Below are positions 9,388-17,912 of a stretch of 32,000 nucleotides of DNA, one piece after another. Position 1 is the first letter of the stretch, and every line of letters starts with the position of its first letter. The stretch is from Candidatus Heimdallarchaeota archaeon (GTDB lineage: Archaea > Asgardarchaeota > Heimdallarchaeia > JABLTI01): contig JAUWKS010000028.1 in NCBI GenBank assembly GCA_030614005.1, positions 1 to 32,000 on the forward strand, read 5' to 3'. Below the pieces are notes generated by a model. That model was given only the letters and a program-made list of their open reading frames with translations. It did no database searches and had not been told where the DNA came from. Made by a program: the position numbers and the translations under genes.

Positions 9388-10038
9388 TTATTCTTTCTTC
9401 TCAGCTTTGTCAGTGACGCCTTTAGTTGTTGTTGATGGTTTCTTTCTAACTCTCTTGACAACTCGTTTAGCACCATCTGGAGCTGCTACTGCTTCTGCTG
9501 GTGTAGCCTTCTCTCCTAATGAGTCAGATAAATCATCTTCAAGTTTTTCTAAAGCTTCTTCTGGACTTTCCACAGAATCAGTTGCAAGTGCTTCGCCTTC
9601 GAGATCATCTAATTCAGCTAATTCCTCTGTTGATAATTCTTCGGCTGTTTCTGCTTCTAATTCTTCTGCTTCTCTTTTAGCAATTTCTTCTTGAACTTGT
9701 TTTCGTTCTTCTTCAATGTCCTTTAATCGCTTTTCTTGGAGAACATCATCATCAGCTTTTCTCATTAAAGCTTCTTTACGTGCTTTTTTGTTATCCTTGA
9801 TAGCTTTTAATCGTAATTTTTCTTTTTCAGCTAGAAGTTTTGCATAATCTTCTTTGAAAACTTTTAATGAAGCAATGTTTTCAGAATATTTTGACTTTCT
9901 ACGAAGATCAACAATTAATCCTGCTTTTCTAGCTTCTTTGACTGTAAATTTTACTGCGGCAAGTTCATCGGTACTGAAACCTCTTCCTTTACGAAGAATG
10001 TTTCTTCCCGGACTTTCTACTTCTGCTCTAATTTGCAT
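9388..10038 (-). CDS. rpl13e: 50S ribosomal protein L13e (eL13) with long charged C-terminal extension
   Basis: RKGRGFSTDEL..V......ARKAGLIVDLRRKS...ENI..L core; about 150 extra residues rich in K/E/D/A. Confidence 0.9.
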   Translation of the reverse strand: MQIRAEVESPGRNILRKGRGFSTDELAAVKFTVKEARKAGLIVDLRRKSKYSENIASLKVFKEDYAKLLAEKEKLRLKAIKDNKKARKEALMRKADDDVLQEKRLKDIEEERKQVQEEIAKREAEELEAETAEELSTEELAELDDLEGEALATDSVESPEEALEKLEDDLSDSLGEKATPAEAVAAPDGAKRVVKRVRKKPSTTTKGVTDKAEKKE

Positions 10039-10151
10039 TTTTTGAAACCTCAAATATAGTTATGTTCTTTATCAAGTTGCGAAATTATTTACCTTTAATT
10101 CTTTTGGTTAATTTCTTTAATAATAGTAACTTTCATTTTTATCTGTAAAGA

Positions 10152-10643
10152 TTATTCCTCATTTTCATTTGTATTCTCTTCAAAGTCTTTTTCTATTTTT
10201 CTATTTTCCACTAGTTTACTTTTGAACATAGCTAATAATAGATAAGATATTGCAATTCCTGTTGTAATACCTAAACCAACAGAACTTGTATAGATGAATA
10301 GCCAATTTCCTTGGGTTGGATCGCTTACACTATATTTCAAAATTAACGAGAGTATTAGTGAAATAGCTAAAACACCCATTGTAAATAAGAAGAGTATATT
10401 TCTATCGAAATTCTTTTCCAATTTCAAGAAAATAAATAAACTAAAAATTGTAAGAATTGCCCCACTTCCAGCACCGATGCCAATATACATGAGAACATTC
10501 AAAGCGATTTCTTGACTAAATAAGATCCAAATAATAACAATGAATAATGCACCCATAACTACTAAGGTTAGCATTAGTATTATTGACATAAATCGAGATT
10601 CGAAGAGTGCTTTTGCTTTTTCTTGTTTTTCTTCTGATGCCAT
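10152..10643 (-). CDS. Hypothetical membrane protein (about 4 TM helices)
   Basis: Four hydrophobic stretches with charged termini; ATG start; no family recognised. Confidence 0.75.
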   Translation of the reverse strand: MASEEKQEKAKALFESRFMSIILMLTLVVMGALFIVIIWILFSQEIALNVLMYIGIGAGSGAILTIFSLFIFLKLEKNFDRNILFLFTMGVLAISLILSLILKYSVSDPTQGNWLFIYTSSVGLGITTGIAISYLLLAMFKSKLVENRKIEKDFEENTNENEE

Positions 10644-10775
10644 TAGCTTGTCTCCTACAATTGAAAAAAAAATGCTTGTTACGATTTAAAATTCCTTTCA
10701 TCAAAATTAGTATCAATTTATTTAAAAAGTTAGATTTAAATCATTTATATAAAAAAAAGAAATCAGGTGTTAGAA

Positions 10776-12020
10776 TTGACAGAGAAGTATGTTGATCCAT
10801 CAAAAGGTATTGGTGTAAAATCCAGTAAAATCATCAAGCAAGAGAATCTTGGAAAAAGAATTGGTACAGCAGTTGTTCATGCCGGAGAAGAGATCAATCC
10901 TCAAACGAGAGGTGTTGTTTCCCCAATTGATTTCTCTACTACTTATGCTTATAAAACAGCTGAAGAATGGGCTGATGTGTTTTATCGAGGAAAAGAAGGA
11001 TATGCATACTCCCGACATGGAAATCCAACTCGAGCAATATTCGAAAAGAAGATTGCAATACTTGAAAATGGTGAAGCTGGTATTGGTTTTAGTTCTGGAA
11101 TGGCGGCGATTTCATCTGCAATATTCACCTTTTTAGAAACGGGTGATGAAATAGTTATTACTGATCGTTGTTATCCTGGTACTCGTCACTTGTTAAATCA
11201 ATATCTAAAGAGGTGGGGTTTCAAAGTTCATTTTGTTAATGCTACAAATATTGATAATGTCAGTGAGAAAATTACCAAAAAAACAAAAATAGTCTATATG
11301 GAGGGTCCTGCTAATCCTACCTTATCCTTGTGTGATATTGAAGCAACAGTAAAACTAGCTAAGGAAGCAGGTGCTAAATATTTCTTTGATAACACGTTTG
11401 CTAGTCCAATAAATCAACAACCAATGGATTTAGGAGCAGATGTTATTATTCACAGTGTAACAAAATATCTTGGAGGGCACAGTGACGTTTTGGGGGGAGC
11501 AATTGTTTCTTCAGCAGAAGATCGTGCTGAAATTATGAATACCACCGTTTATTATGGAGGAGTCATGGCGCCATTTGATGCTTGGCTAACTATACGGGGA
11601 ATAAAAACACTCGAGTTGCGAGTTAAAAGACATAATTTAAATTCACTAGCTTTGGCTGAATTCCTGGAAGATCATCCAAAAGTTCGAGAGGTTTACCATC
11701 CTGGATTAAAGAGTCATCCCCAACATGCACTTGCTAAAAAGCAGATGAAAGGTTTTGGTGGCATGGTAAGTTTCTGTGTTGGCAAAAGCGATGCGGATGG
11801 TGGAACTTTTCTCAATGCGCTGAAAATTGTCAAACGTGCAAGTAGTTTAGGTAGTGTTGAATCTCTTGCTCAGGCATCTGGTAGCATGATTTACCTTGAA
11901 TTTACAGAAGAAGAAAAACGAGCAATTGGTATTAATCCTGGTTTCATTCGTTTCTCTACCGGCATTGAAGACAAAGATGATTTAATCGAAGATGTTGATC
12001 AGGCCTTAAGTAAGATCTAA
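10776..12020 (+). CDS. PLP-dependent trans-sulfuration enzyme (Cys/Met metabolism family: cystathionine gamma-synthase/lyase or methionine gamma-lyase-like)
   Basis: YSRHGNPT, FSSGMAAI, EGPANP, DNTFASP, PLP-lysine motif HSVTKYLGGHSD, SLGSVESL, IRFSTGIED; TTG 10776 follows an AGGTG SD (ORF starts at 10767). Confidence 0.92.
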   Translation: MTEKYVDPSKGIGVKSSKIIKQENLGKRIGTAVVHAGEEINPQTRGVVSPIDFSTTYAYKTAEEWADVFYRGKEGYAYSRHGNPTRAIFEKKIAILENGEAGIGFSSGMAAISSAIFTFLETGDEIVITDRCYPGTRHLLNQYLKRWGFKVHFVNATNIDNVSEKITKKTKIVYMEGPANPTLSLCDIEATVKLAKEAGAKYFFDNTFASPINQQPMDLGADVIIHSVTKYLGGHSDVLGGAIVSSAEDRAEIMNTTVYYGGVMAPFDAWLTIRGIKTLELRVKRHNLNSLALAEFLEDHPKVREVYHPGLKSHPQHALAKKQMKGFGGMVSFCVGKSDADGGTFLNALKIVKRASSLGSVESLAQASGSMIYLEFTEEEKRAIGINPGFIRFSTGIEDKDDLIEDVDQALSKI

Positions 12021-12170
12021 TTATTCCTTTTTTACTTCCTAATTAATACTTACCTTTAAATATCAAGGGTTGAAAGCATAGTTAGAGGTCTTACCTCTTA
12101 TCTCTACCTATTACACAAATAATCAATTATTTTCCATTTTTTGCTACAATATTTAATAGGTGTGAAAAAA

Positions 12171-12830
12171 ATGAGATACGTATTCGAACCATTAATCCTA
12201 CAGGCAATTTGTAAAGAAGTGTTAAAGAATGTTGAAAACTCAAATAAAAATTCAGAACAGAAGTTAAATGAATTATTTGATAAACTAACTGCGAAATTGG
12301 CTCAAGAGTTTCCAACTTATATTAATACAGAAGAACGTAATTGGATTTTTAACAATGCTGGTGGCGCAATGGGGTCACTAACATTATTACACGGGTCTCT
12401 GAAGGAATATTTGATTTTTTTTGGTACTCCTATTGGTACACATGGTCATTCAGGAAGATATCGAAGAGCAGATGTTTTTGATATAATGTTAGATGGAGAA
12501 ATGCTATGTTATAACGAAGATGAAATCACTCGAGCAACTTATTTGCCTGGTGATATGGCAATTCTAAAACGAAAACTAGCAAAAAGTTATCGAGTACCTG
12601 AAAGAGCTTGGATGTTAGAATACGCCCGAGGTAGTATTCCCGCTATGATTAGATTTGGCATTGGTGATAATCTCTACAGTAATTTTGATTATAAAAGCTC
12701 AAATCAGCTCATCAGAACTTACGGTAAAATGGTTGTTAAGAATCTCTTTAAGCTAAAGAAGAAAAGAAACTTACCTGTGAGCGAAATTTATCGGGAAATT
12801 TTTTTACAGAGTAAAATTGATACATTATAA
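12171..12830 (+). CDS. ERG2 / sigma-1 receptor family protein (sterol C8-C7 isomerase-like cupin fold), no N-terminal TM helix
   Basis: WIFNNAGGAMGSLTLLHGSLKEYLIFFGTPIGTHGHSGRY and WMLEYARGSIPAM closely match ERG2 (WVFNNAGGAMG..LHAS.SEYLI.FGT..GT.GH) and SIGMAR1 (GHSGRY, WMVEYGRGVIP) as recalled; ATG 12171 follows an AGGTG SD. Confidence 0.9.
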   Translation: MRYVFEPLILQAICKEVLKNVENSNKNSEQKLNELFDKLTAKLAQEFPTYINTEERNWIFNNAGGAMGSLTLLHGSLKEYLIFFGTPIGTHGHSGRYRRADVFDIMLDGEMLCYNEDEITRATYLPGDMAILKRKLAKSYRVPERAWMLEYARGSIPAMIRFGIGDNLYSNFDYKSSNQLIRTYGKMVVKNLFKLKKKRNLPVSEIYREIFLQSKIDTL

Positions 12831-12863
12831 TAGTATCAATCCATAGAAGTTAAATCACTAACA

Positions 12864-14087
12864 CTAAGTTTTTCGATTAACTTCCATTATTTTTTCAGCT
12901 AGTTTTATTGTAGAATTGTACCCATTTTCAGCCGATTTTGTTGGAAGAACAATACTACAGAATGGATCTCCTTTTTCAAGGAGAACATTATAATGAGTTC
13001 GGTCTACGATCCACTTACTTTTTGGATATTTCACTACTGGAAATTTTTCTTCAACATCTGAAAATAAAATACCTTTCACCGAGTAATTATGATATTTGGG
13101 TTTCTTAGGAAGCTCATGAACAACTCCATTAAAAGCATCAATATGTAGTTTTACAACATTGTGACCTGTTGCATATTCTACACATTCCAGGCAGCCTTGG
13201 AATCGCGGATTAACTTCCATGAAAAAAAGCTTTTCATTTTTGATGACAAAATCGATTCCATTTGACCCAACTAAATCTAGTTTTAGAAAAATTTCTCTGA
13301 TATTTTCTAGACTTTGATCAAGTAATTTAGGGTTTGTTTCTGTTTCTTTTAATGGAACGATATTGCCACAATAAGAAAAATCTCCGGGAGAATTAAAATT
13401 ACTATCACCGATAATTTGTTTGTTTATCGAAAGAATCTGCACAACATCTTTTGCACAAATAACAGACGAGCTTGCATCTGAACCTTTGATAAACTCTTGT
13501 AACCAAACTTCTTTATCGTAGTTTTCGTCTTTCAACTCAAAGTATTCCTTAAGTTCAGTATATTTGGACCAGTACTTTATACCAACTCCTCCTCCGCCAC
13601 CAGAACCTCTTGTAACAAGAGGAAATGGTCTATTTTTTGCCTCTTCTACTAGCTCCTCAATATTTGTGAATGATTGGGAAAACGGAATATGAAAACCAGC
13701 ATCCTCAGCAATTTTAAACATCGCTTTTTTATCTCTGGTTAAAGCAAATTTTTCAGGAGAATTTGCATATACTTTTGGTCCTAACTGATTGAATTGCTCA
13801 ACAATTTCTGGATAACGATCAAACGCAGATCCAAATAGAATTCCATCAAAATCTCTTTGTTCATCTATCATAATTTCAGAAAGAATATAGAGATATTCCG
13901 GTGGAGAACGATGCAAAGGTCGATGAAGTGTTTGTCCTGGTTTTTGTCTTAGAACAGAAAAACAATTTTTGGAAATGTTAATTAAATCCATGTCTCCAAA
14001 ATAATCAATTGTACCAATATCATAGCCTGCATTTTTTGCTGCTTTAGCGATAGGTCTGGCATTAAAGCCAGAAATTAGAAATTTCAT
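12864..14087 (-). CDS. ATP-grasp carboligase, COG2232-like
   Basis: N-terminal ISGFNARPIAKAA..AGY....IDYFGD.DL family signature; GGGVG loop, QEFIKG, EVNPRFQG. Confidence 0.82.
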   Translation of the reverse strand: MKFLISGFNARPIAKAAKNAGYDIGTIDYFGDMDLINISKNCFSVLRQKPGQTLHRPLHRSPPEYLYILSEIMIDEQRDFDGILFGSAFDRYPEIVEQFNQLGPKVYANSPEKFALTRDKKAMFKIAEDAGFHIPFSQSFTNIEELVEEAKNRPFPLVTRGSGGGGGVGIKYWSKYTELKEYFELKDENYDKEVWLQEFIKGSDASSSVICAKDVVQILSINKQIIGDSNFNSPGDFSYCGNIVPLKETETNPKLLDQSLENIREIFLKLDLVGSNGIDFVIKNEKLFFMEVNPRFQGCLECVEYATGHNVVKLHIDAFNGVVHELPKKPKYHNYSVKGILFSDVEEKFPVVKYPKSKWIVDRTHYNVLLEKGDPFCSIVLPTKSAENGYNSTIKLAEKIMEVNRKT

Positions 14088-14104
14088 TGAAGTCTAGTCT
14101 CTAC

Positions 14105-14698
14105 TTATGCCATTTTTTCATTTATTTTATTAAAGGTATCCAATCCCGTTTCAAACAATTTGGTAAAACCAGGAATAGTTCTATCTCTGAAAAGAAGGAG
14201 TTGTTCCATTAATTGGAATTGTAGCATAGCTTGCTCGATAAATAGTTTTGAATGAATTGTTTTGTAATCTTCTACAATGAATTCGATTTCAGCCAATGCA
14301 ATACCTACTAGCTGCATTATGCCCCTAAATTCACCAAGAGATTTGGCATTTTCAAGCTTCTTTATGTTGAAATATATCAATTGGAGTTTTTGATCATACC
14401 TCGAACGTAATCGCAATAAAATAACTAATTCTTTAAAAAAATCTTCAAGCATACCGATCAATTCAACATCAGTCTCAAGCTTATTTGTTAATAATTCATT
14501 ATCTTTTGTTCTTATTCCGCTTGAAGATACTAGTGATGGTAGAGCCTCTGCTGTATCTCTTAATATCTCTGTTAGCTCACACAGTGATTCTTTCAATTCA
14601 GTAAGTAGTAACTTGTCTTTTTTGCTTATTGTCTTCCCTCTAGTTTTACTAGCAGGGGTTTGCTTTTTTGGTTTACTACTCTTTTTCTTTGTTGACAT
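14105..14698 (-). CDS. Hypothetical helical protein with Lys-rich N-terminal tail
   Basis: About 197 aa ORF; MSTKKKSSKPKKQTPASKTRGK followed by amphipathic helices; SD-like AAAGGTTGA upstream. Confidence 0.7.
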   Translation of the reverse strand: MSTKKKSSKPKKQTPASKTRGKTISKKDKLLLTELKESLCELTEILRDTAEALPSLVSSSGIRTKDNELLTNKLETDVELIGMLEDFFKELVILLRLRSRYDQKLQLIYFNIKKLENAKSLGEFRGIMQLVGIALAEIEFIVEDYKTIHSKLFIEQAMLQFQLMEQLLLFRDRTIPGFTKLFETGLDTFNKINEKMA

Positions 14699-14874
14699 TG
14701 ACAATCAACCTTTTGCTTTACATGCATTTACAATTTCAATAAGTATTTAGATGGTTTATCACGTTCTATTATCTATACTATCAATTAAATCCTTAGGAAT
14801 AGCTAAAAACTAAAAAGGTTTCACTTCCTAAGTAAGTAAATAAGTAAAAAAAAGTAAATTAGGTGCCAATAATA

Positions 14875-15726
14875 ATGATACGTCAACCCGCTGTTGCAGG
14901 ATCATTTTACCCAAAAACAGAATCGCAATTAATTGAAATGATTGAACATTGTTTCAAAGATAGTGAAATTGGTCCAGGAGAATTACCGGACAAATCCAAT
15001 ATACCTCCAAGAAAAGGGGAAATAGCTGGATTTATTGCTCCCCACGCTGGTTACATTTATTCTGGTCCTGTTGCTGCACATGCTTATTTAAAACAGTACA
15101 AAGATGGGAAACCAGAATTCTTTGTTATAGTTGGTCCTAATCACCGAAATATTGGTCCTCCTATAAGTGTTTATTCTGAAGCTGCTTGGAACACTCCATT
15201 AGGTGATGCGATAATCCCTAAAGAAATTGTTACTAAAATTGTCAAACAACCCTATTTCCGGGCAGATACTGCTGCACATATGATGGAACATAGCATTGAA
15301 GTTCATGTTCCATTTTTACAATATTTATATGGTGGAGATGTGCCTATTATACCAATTTGTGTTAAAGATCAAAGTAAAGAAATGAGTGAAAGAATTGGTT
15401 TGTCTTTAGCAAAGGTATTAGCTGACCACGATTATTGTTTAATTGCTAGTACAGATCTCACTCATTTTGAAAGTGCTGATTCTGCTATATCCAAAGACCA
15501 ATTTGTAATTCAAAAGATAAAGCGAATGGACCCAGGTGGTTTAATTGATACTGTTGAAGAATATCGAATTACAATGTGTGGACCTGGACCAGTAGCTGCT
15601 GTATTAACTGCACTGAAAAAGAGTGGTTCTAAAGATGTTGAAATTTTGAAATATTCAACAAGCGGTGATATAACAGGTGACAAAAGCTCAATAGTTGCTT
15701 ACCTTTCAGCAATAATAAAAAAATAA
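14875..15726 (+). CDS. MEMO1-family protein (AmmeMemoRadiSam protein B)
   Basis: IRQPAVAGSFYP, PHAGYIYSG, GPNH, EHSIEVHVPFLQ, STDLTH, MCGPGP. Confidence 0.93.
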   Translation: MIRQPAVAGSFYPKTESQLIEMIEHCFKDSEIGPGELPDKSNIPPRKGEIAGFIAPHAGYIYSGPVAAHAYLKQYKDGKPEFFVIVGPNHRNIGPPISVYSEAAWNTPLGDAIIPKEIVTKIVKQPYFRADTAAHMMEHSIEVHVPFLQYLYGGDVPIIPICVKDQSKEMSERIGLSLAKVLADHDYCLIASTDLTHFESADSAISKDQFVIQKIKRMDPGGLIDTVEEYRITMCGPGPVAAVLTALKKSGSKDVEILKYSTSGDITGDKSSIVAYLSAIIKK

Positions 15727-15761
15727 ATGACTTTAGAATTCTTGCTGATTATACAAGAACT

Positions 15762-16127
15762 CTAACTTTCAACTTTTTCCTCTGTTAATTCGTCAAAGAA
15801 TGAATTTCGTTCTTCCTCAGACATTGTTCGATCTAAGTATAACCACACTTTCGATCTCCACCCGCAATCTTGGCAGACATATACTGGATAGCTGTTAAAA
15901 ATACCCATTTTCCCCATAACATCGATTTCTTTGATGCGTAAACTAAAGCATTTAGGACAAATTCTGATATCAGGTTCGCCCCATTGTTTCAATTTATCTA
16001 ATTCTTCTGCTAAAGAAGCTATTTTTACAACATTCTCAATTTTTATTTTTTCCTCTGTTTTTTCTTCTTCTTCCTCTACAACCTTAGTTGATGGTTCACC
16101 GTATTTTTCTTTTTCTTCTTCAGACAT
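15762..16127 (-). CDS. Small acidic zinc-ribbon protein
   Basis: CPKC-x22-CQDCGW pair flanked by Glu/Lys-rich termini. Confidence 0.75.
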   Translation of the reverse strand: MSEEEKEKYGEPSTKVVEEEEEKTEEKIKIENVVKIASLAEELDKLKQWGEPDIRICPKCFSLRIKEIDVMGKMGIFNSYPVYVCQDCGWRSKVWLYLDRTMSEEERNSFFDELTEEKVES

Positions 16128-16470
16128 TTTTCTTCCATCCAAAATTGTTTAAAATAGGGTATAAACTACTTTTAATGTTCTCTTAACTAAAAGATTTGTT
16201 ATTCTGGTGAAATATCAAAGATTGTATATCTCTTTTCAATCTTTTTATTGACTTTTTTTTCAGAAAAAATATTCTTACGACAAAAAAGGGGTCATTTGTT
16301 ATTAAAAATATCCACTAAACAATTAACTAAATAGTTATTTTATTAGTAACTGGTAAATACAAAAAACTTTTATCATTATTTCTAGTGATGTTTAACTTGT
16401 TGCACTATTATGAATGCGCGCGTGATAGTGTTTCCTATTCGGAAAAGTGTAAAGGAGGTCTCTCACAAGT

Positions 16471-16842
16471 TTGGATAGAAATGGCTTAACAGATATCGAG
16501 GTAAAACAGCGGATAGAAAATTATTTGGATAAACGAGGTGTAAAATACAGGAGAAACGTTCCCTTTGGCAATCGTAAAAAACTAAATTATGTCTTTACTA
16601 ATGATCATGGTGAAACGGTAGGTGTATATTTGTTGCTTTGGTGGCGACCAGTAACATATAGAACAATATTTGATTTAATAGATTGGTCAAATAATGAAGA
16701 AATTCATCGTTTAATCTTGATTTGCAGAATAATGGGGGAAAGGGCTCGAGAAATTATGCACAAAGAGCCCAGTAATGTCAGTTATATCTTAGAATCTCGT
16801 TTCAGACGAGATGATTATAACCCGCTGCTTGCAGCATTTTAG
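16471..16842 (+). CDS. Small protein, possibly a degenerate restriction-endonuclease (Mrr-like PD-(D/E)xK) fold
   Basis: Strong SD (AAGGAGGT) before TTG; pattern E..I..YL...G..Y.RNV...L(N)YV....GETVGV(Y)L..W.RPV...I resembles Mrr-like domains, with the catalytic positions substituted. Confidence 0.5.
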   Translation: MDRNGLTDIEVKQRIENYLDKRGVKYRRNVPFGNRKKLNYVFTNDHGETVGVYLLLWWRPVTYRTIFDLIDWSNNEEIHRLILICRIMGERAREIMHKEPSNVSYILESRFRRDDYNPLLAAF

Positions 16843-16921
16843 CTAGTGAGGCTTGCCCTCTCTGCTATCACTTTTTCTCTTTCCTGATAATTTACTCGAG
16901 TCAAGGATTATTTTTGTCAGA

Positions 16922-17413
16922 TTAATCAAATAGTCTTCGAACTAGTTTTACTTTTTGGTTTTCATCATTGTATGTTACAAGACCATTATTTCTCAGATCA
17001 AATATGGTTCTCAATGTTGCTGCTGGTTGAATTCCACTTGCTTTTGAAAGTTCGTCCTTTGTCATGAGTGCTTTTTTGCCATGTAAGAGAGTGAGCATTC
17101 TCATATGTGCGTTACCATCTAGAACTTGTTCAGTCAGTATGATATAGAGTTTCATTACTTCTTGCAAATCTATTTCTACATCAGCTCTTCCTTTCAGATC
17201 CTCATACACACTCGAGAGCTCCATCATTTCCTCTTCCATTTGCTTCAATTTTTCTGTAGCAGACATCTTTTCTTTTTCAAAACTTTCTGATGCTCTTTTT
17301 GTTTCAGCTAATTTTTGATCATTAGCAGCAATTTTCGCTTCCAATTCTTTGATATAGCTTTGTATGCTGTCAAATGCATTTTGTATCGTATCGTTTGTCA
17401 ATATATAACCCAC
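16922..17413 (-). CDS. Coiled-coil protein with C-terminal winged helix-turn-helix
   Basis: Residues ~12-75 are a heptad-like E/K-rich helix; the C-terminal MTKDELSKASGIQPAATLRTIFDLRNNGLVTY...VKL is a wHTH pattern. Confidence 0.75.
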   Translation of the reverse strand: MGYILTNDTIQNAFDSIQSYIKELEAKIAANDQKLAETKRASESFEKEKMSATEKLKQMEEEMMELSSVYEDLKGRADVEIDLQEVMKLYIILTEQVLDGNAHMRMLTLLHGKKALMTKDELSKASGIQPAATLRTIFDLRNNGLVTYNDENQKVKLVRRLFD

Positions 17414-17606
17414 CTAAAGATACAAAGATTTTTTTACTTAAATATTCTTCGCACTTTCAAGCTTCTACCAATTGTTTGGAAAAAATCATTATTCTTACCT
17501 AGAATAAATAAAAAAGTATCATTCCATAGTTTTAAAAGCAAATCAACCCGAAAAACTTTAAAGCAGATTTTAGTGCAAGCGTAATTATAACCAAGAGGGT
17601 AATATA

Positions 17607-17891
17607 TTGTTTAACAAAGTTCCTGTCCGAAATGAAATTATTGCCGATGAAGTCGTTATAGGACCACCTGGTTTAACGAGGTTTGAGAAAGCTCGCATTT
17701 TGGGAGCAAGAGGACTACAAATTTCTTTAGGTGCACCAATCTTAATTAAAATTAAGAAAGATATTACCGATCCTATTCTCATTGCAGAAGAAGAATTATA
17801 TAAGAATGTTCTACCTCTAACAATTGCCAGATTACTACCTGATGGGAAATTTCAAAATATACCATTGAGCTGGTTATTGAAAGGTAAATAG
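17607..17891 (+). CDS. rpoK: DNA-directed RNA polymerase subunit K (Rpo6)
   Basis: [31 protein letters not shown]...[12 protein letters not shown]. Confidence 0.96.
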   Translation: MFNKVPVRNEIIADEVVIGPPGLTRFEKARILGARGLQISLGAPILIKIKKDITDPILIAEEELYKNVLPLTIARLLPDGKFQNIPLSWLLKGK

Positions 17892-17912
17892 ATTTTATTT
17901 TACCTTCCTTTT

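Noticed and set aside
9407-10045. Plus-strand ORFs 9407..9694 and 9854..10045
   Set aside because: Antisense shadows of the low-complexity L13e gene.
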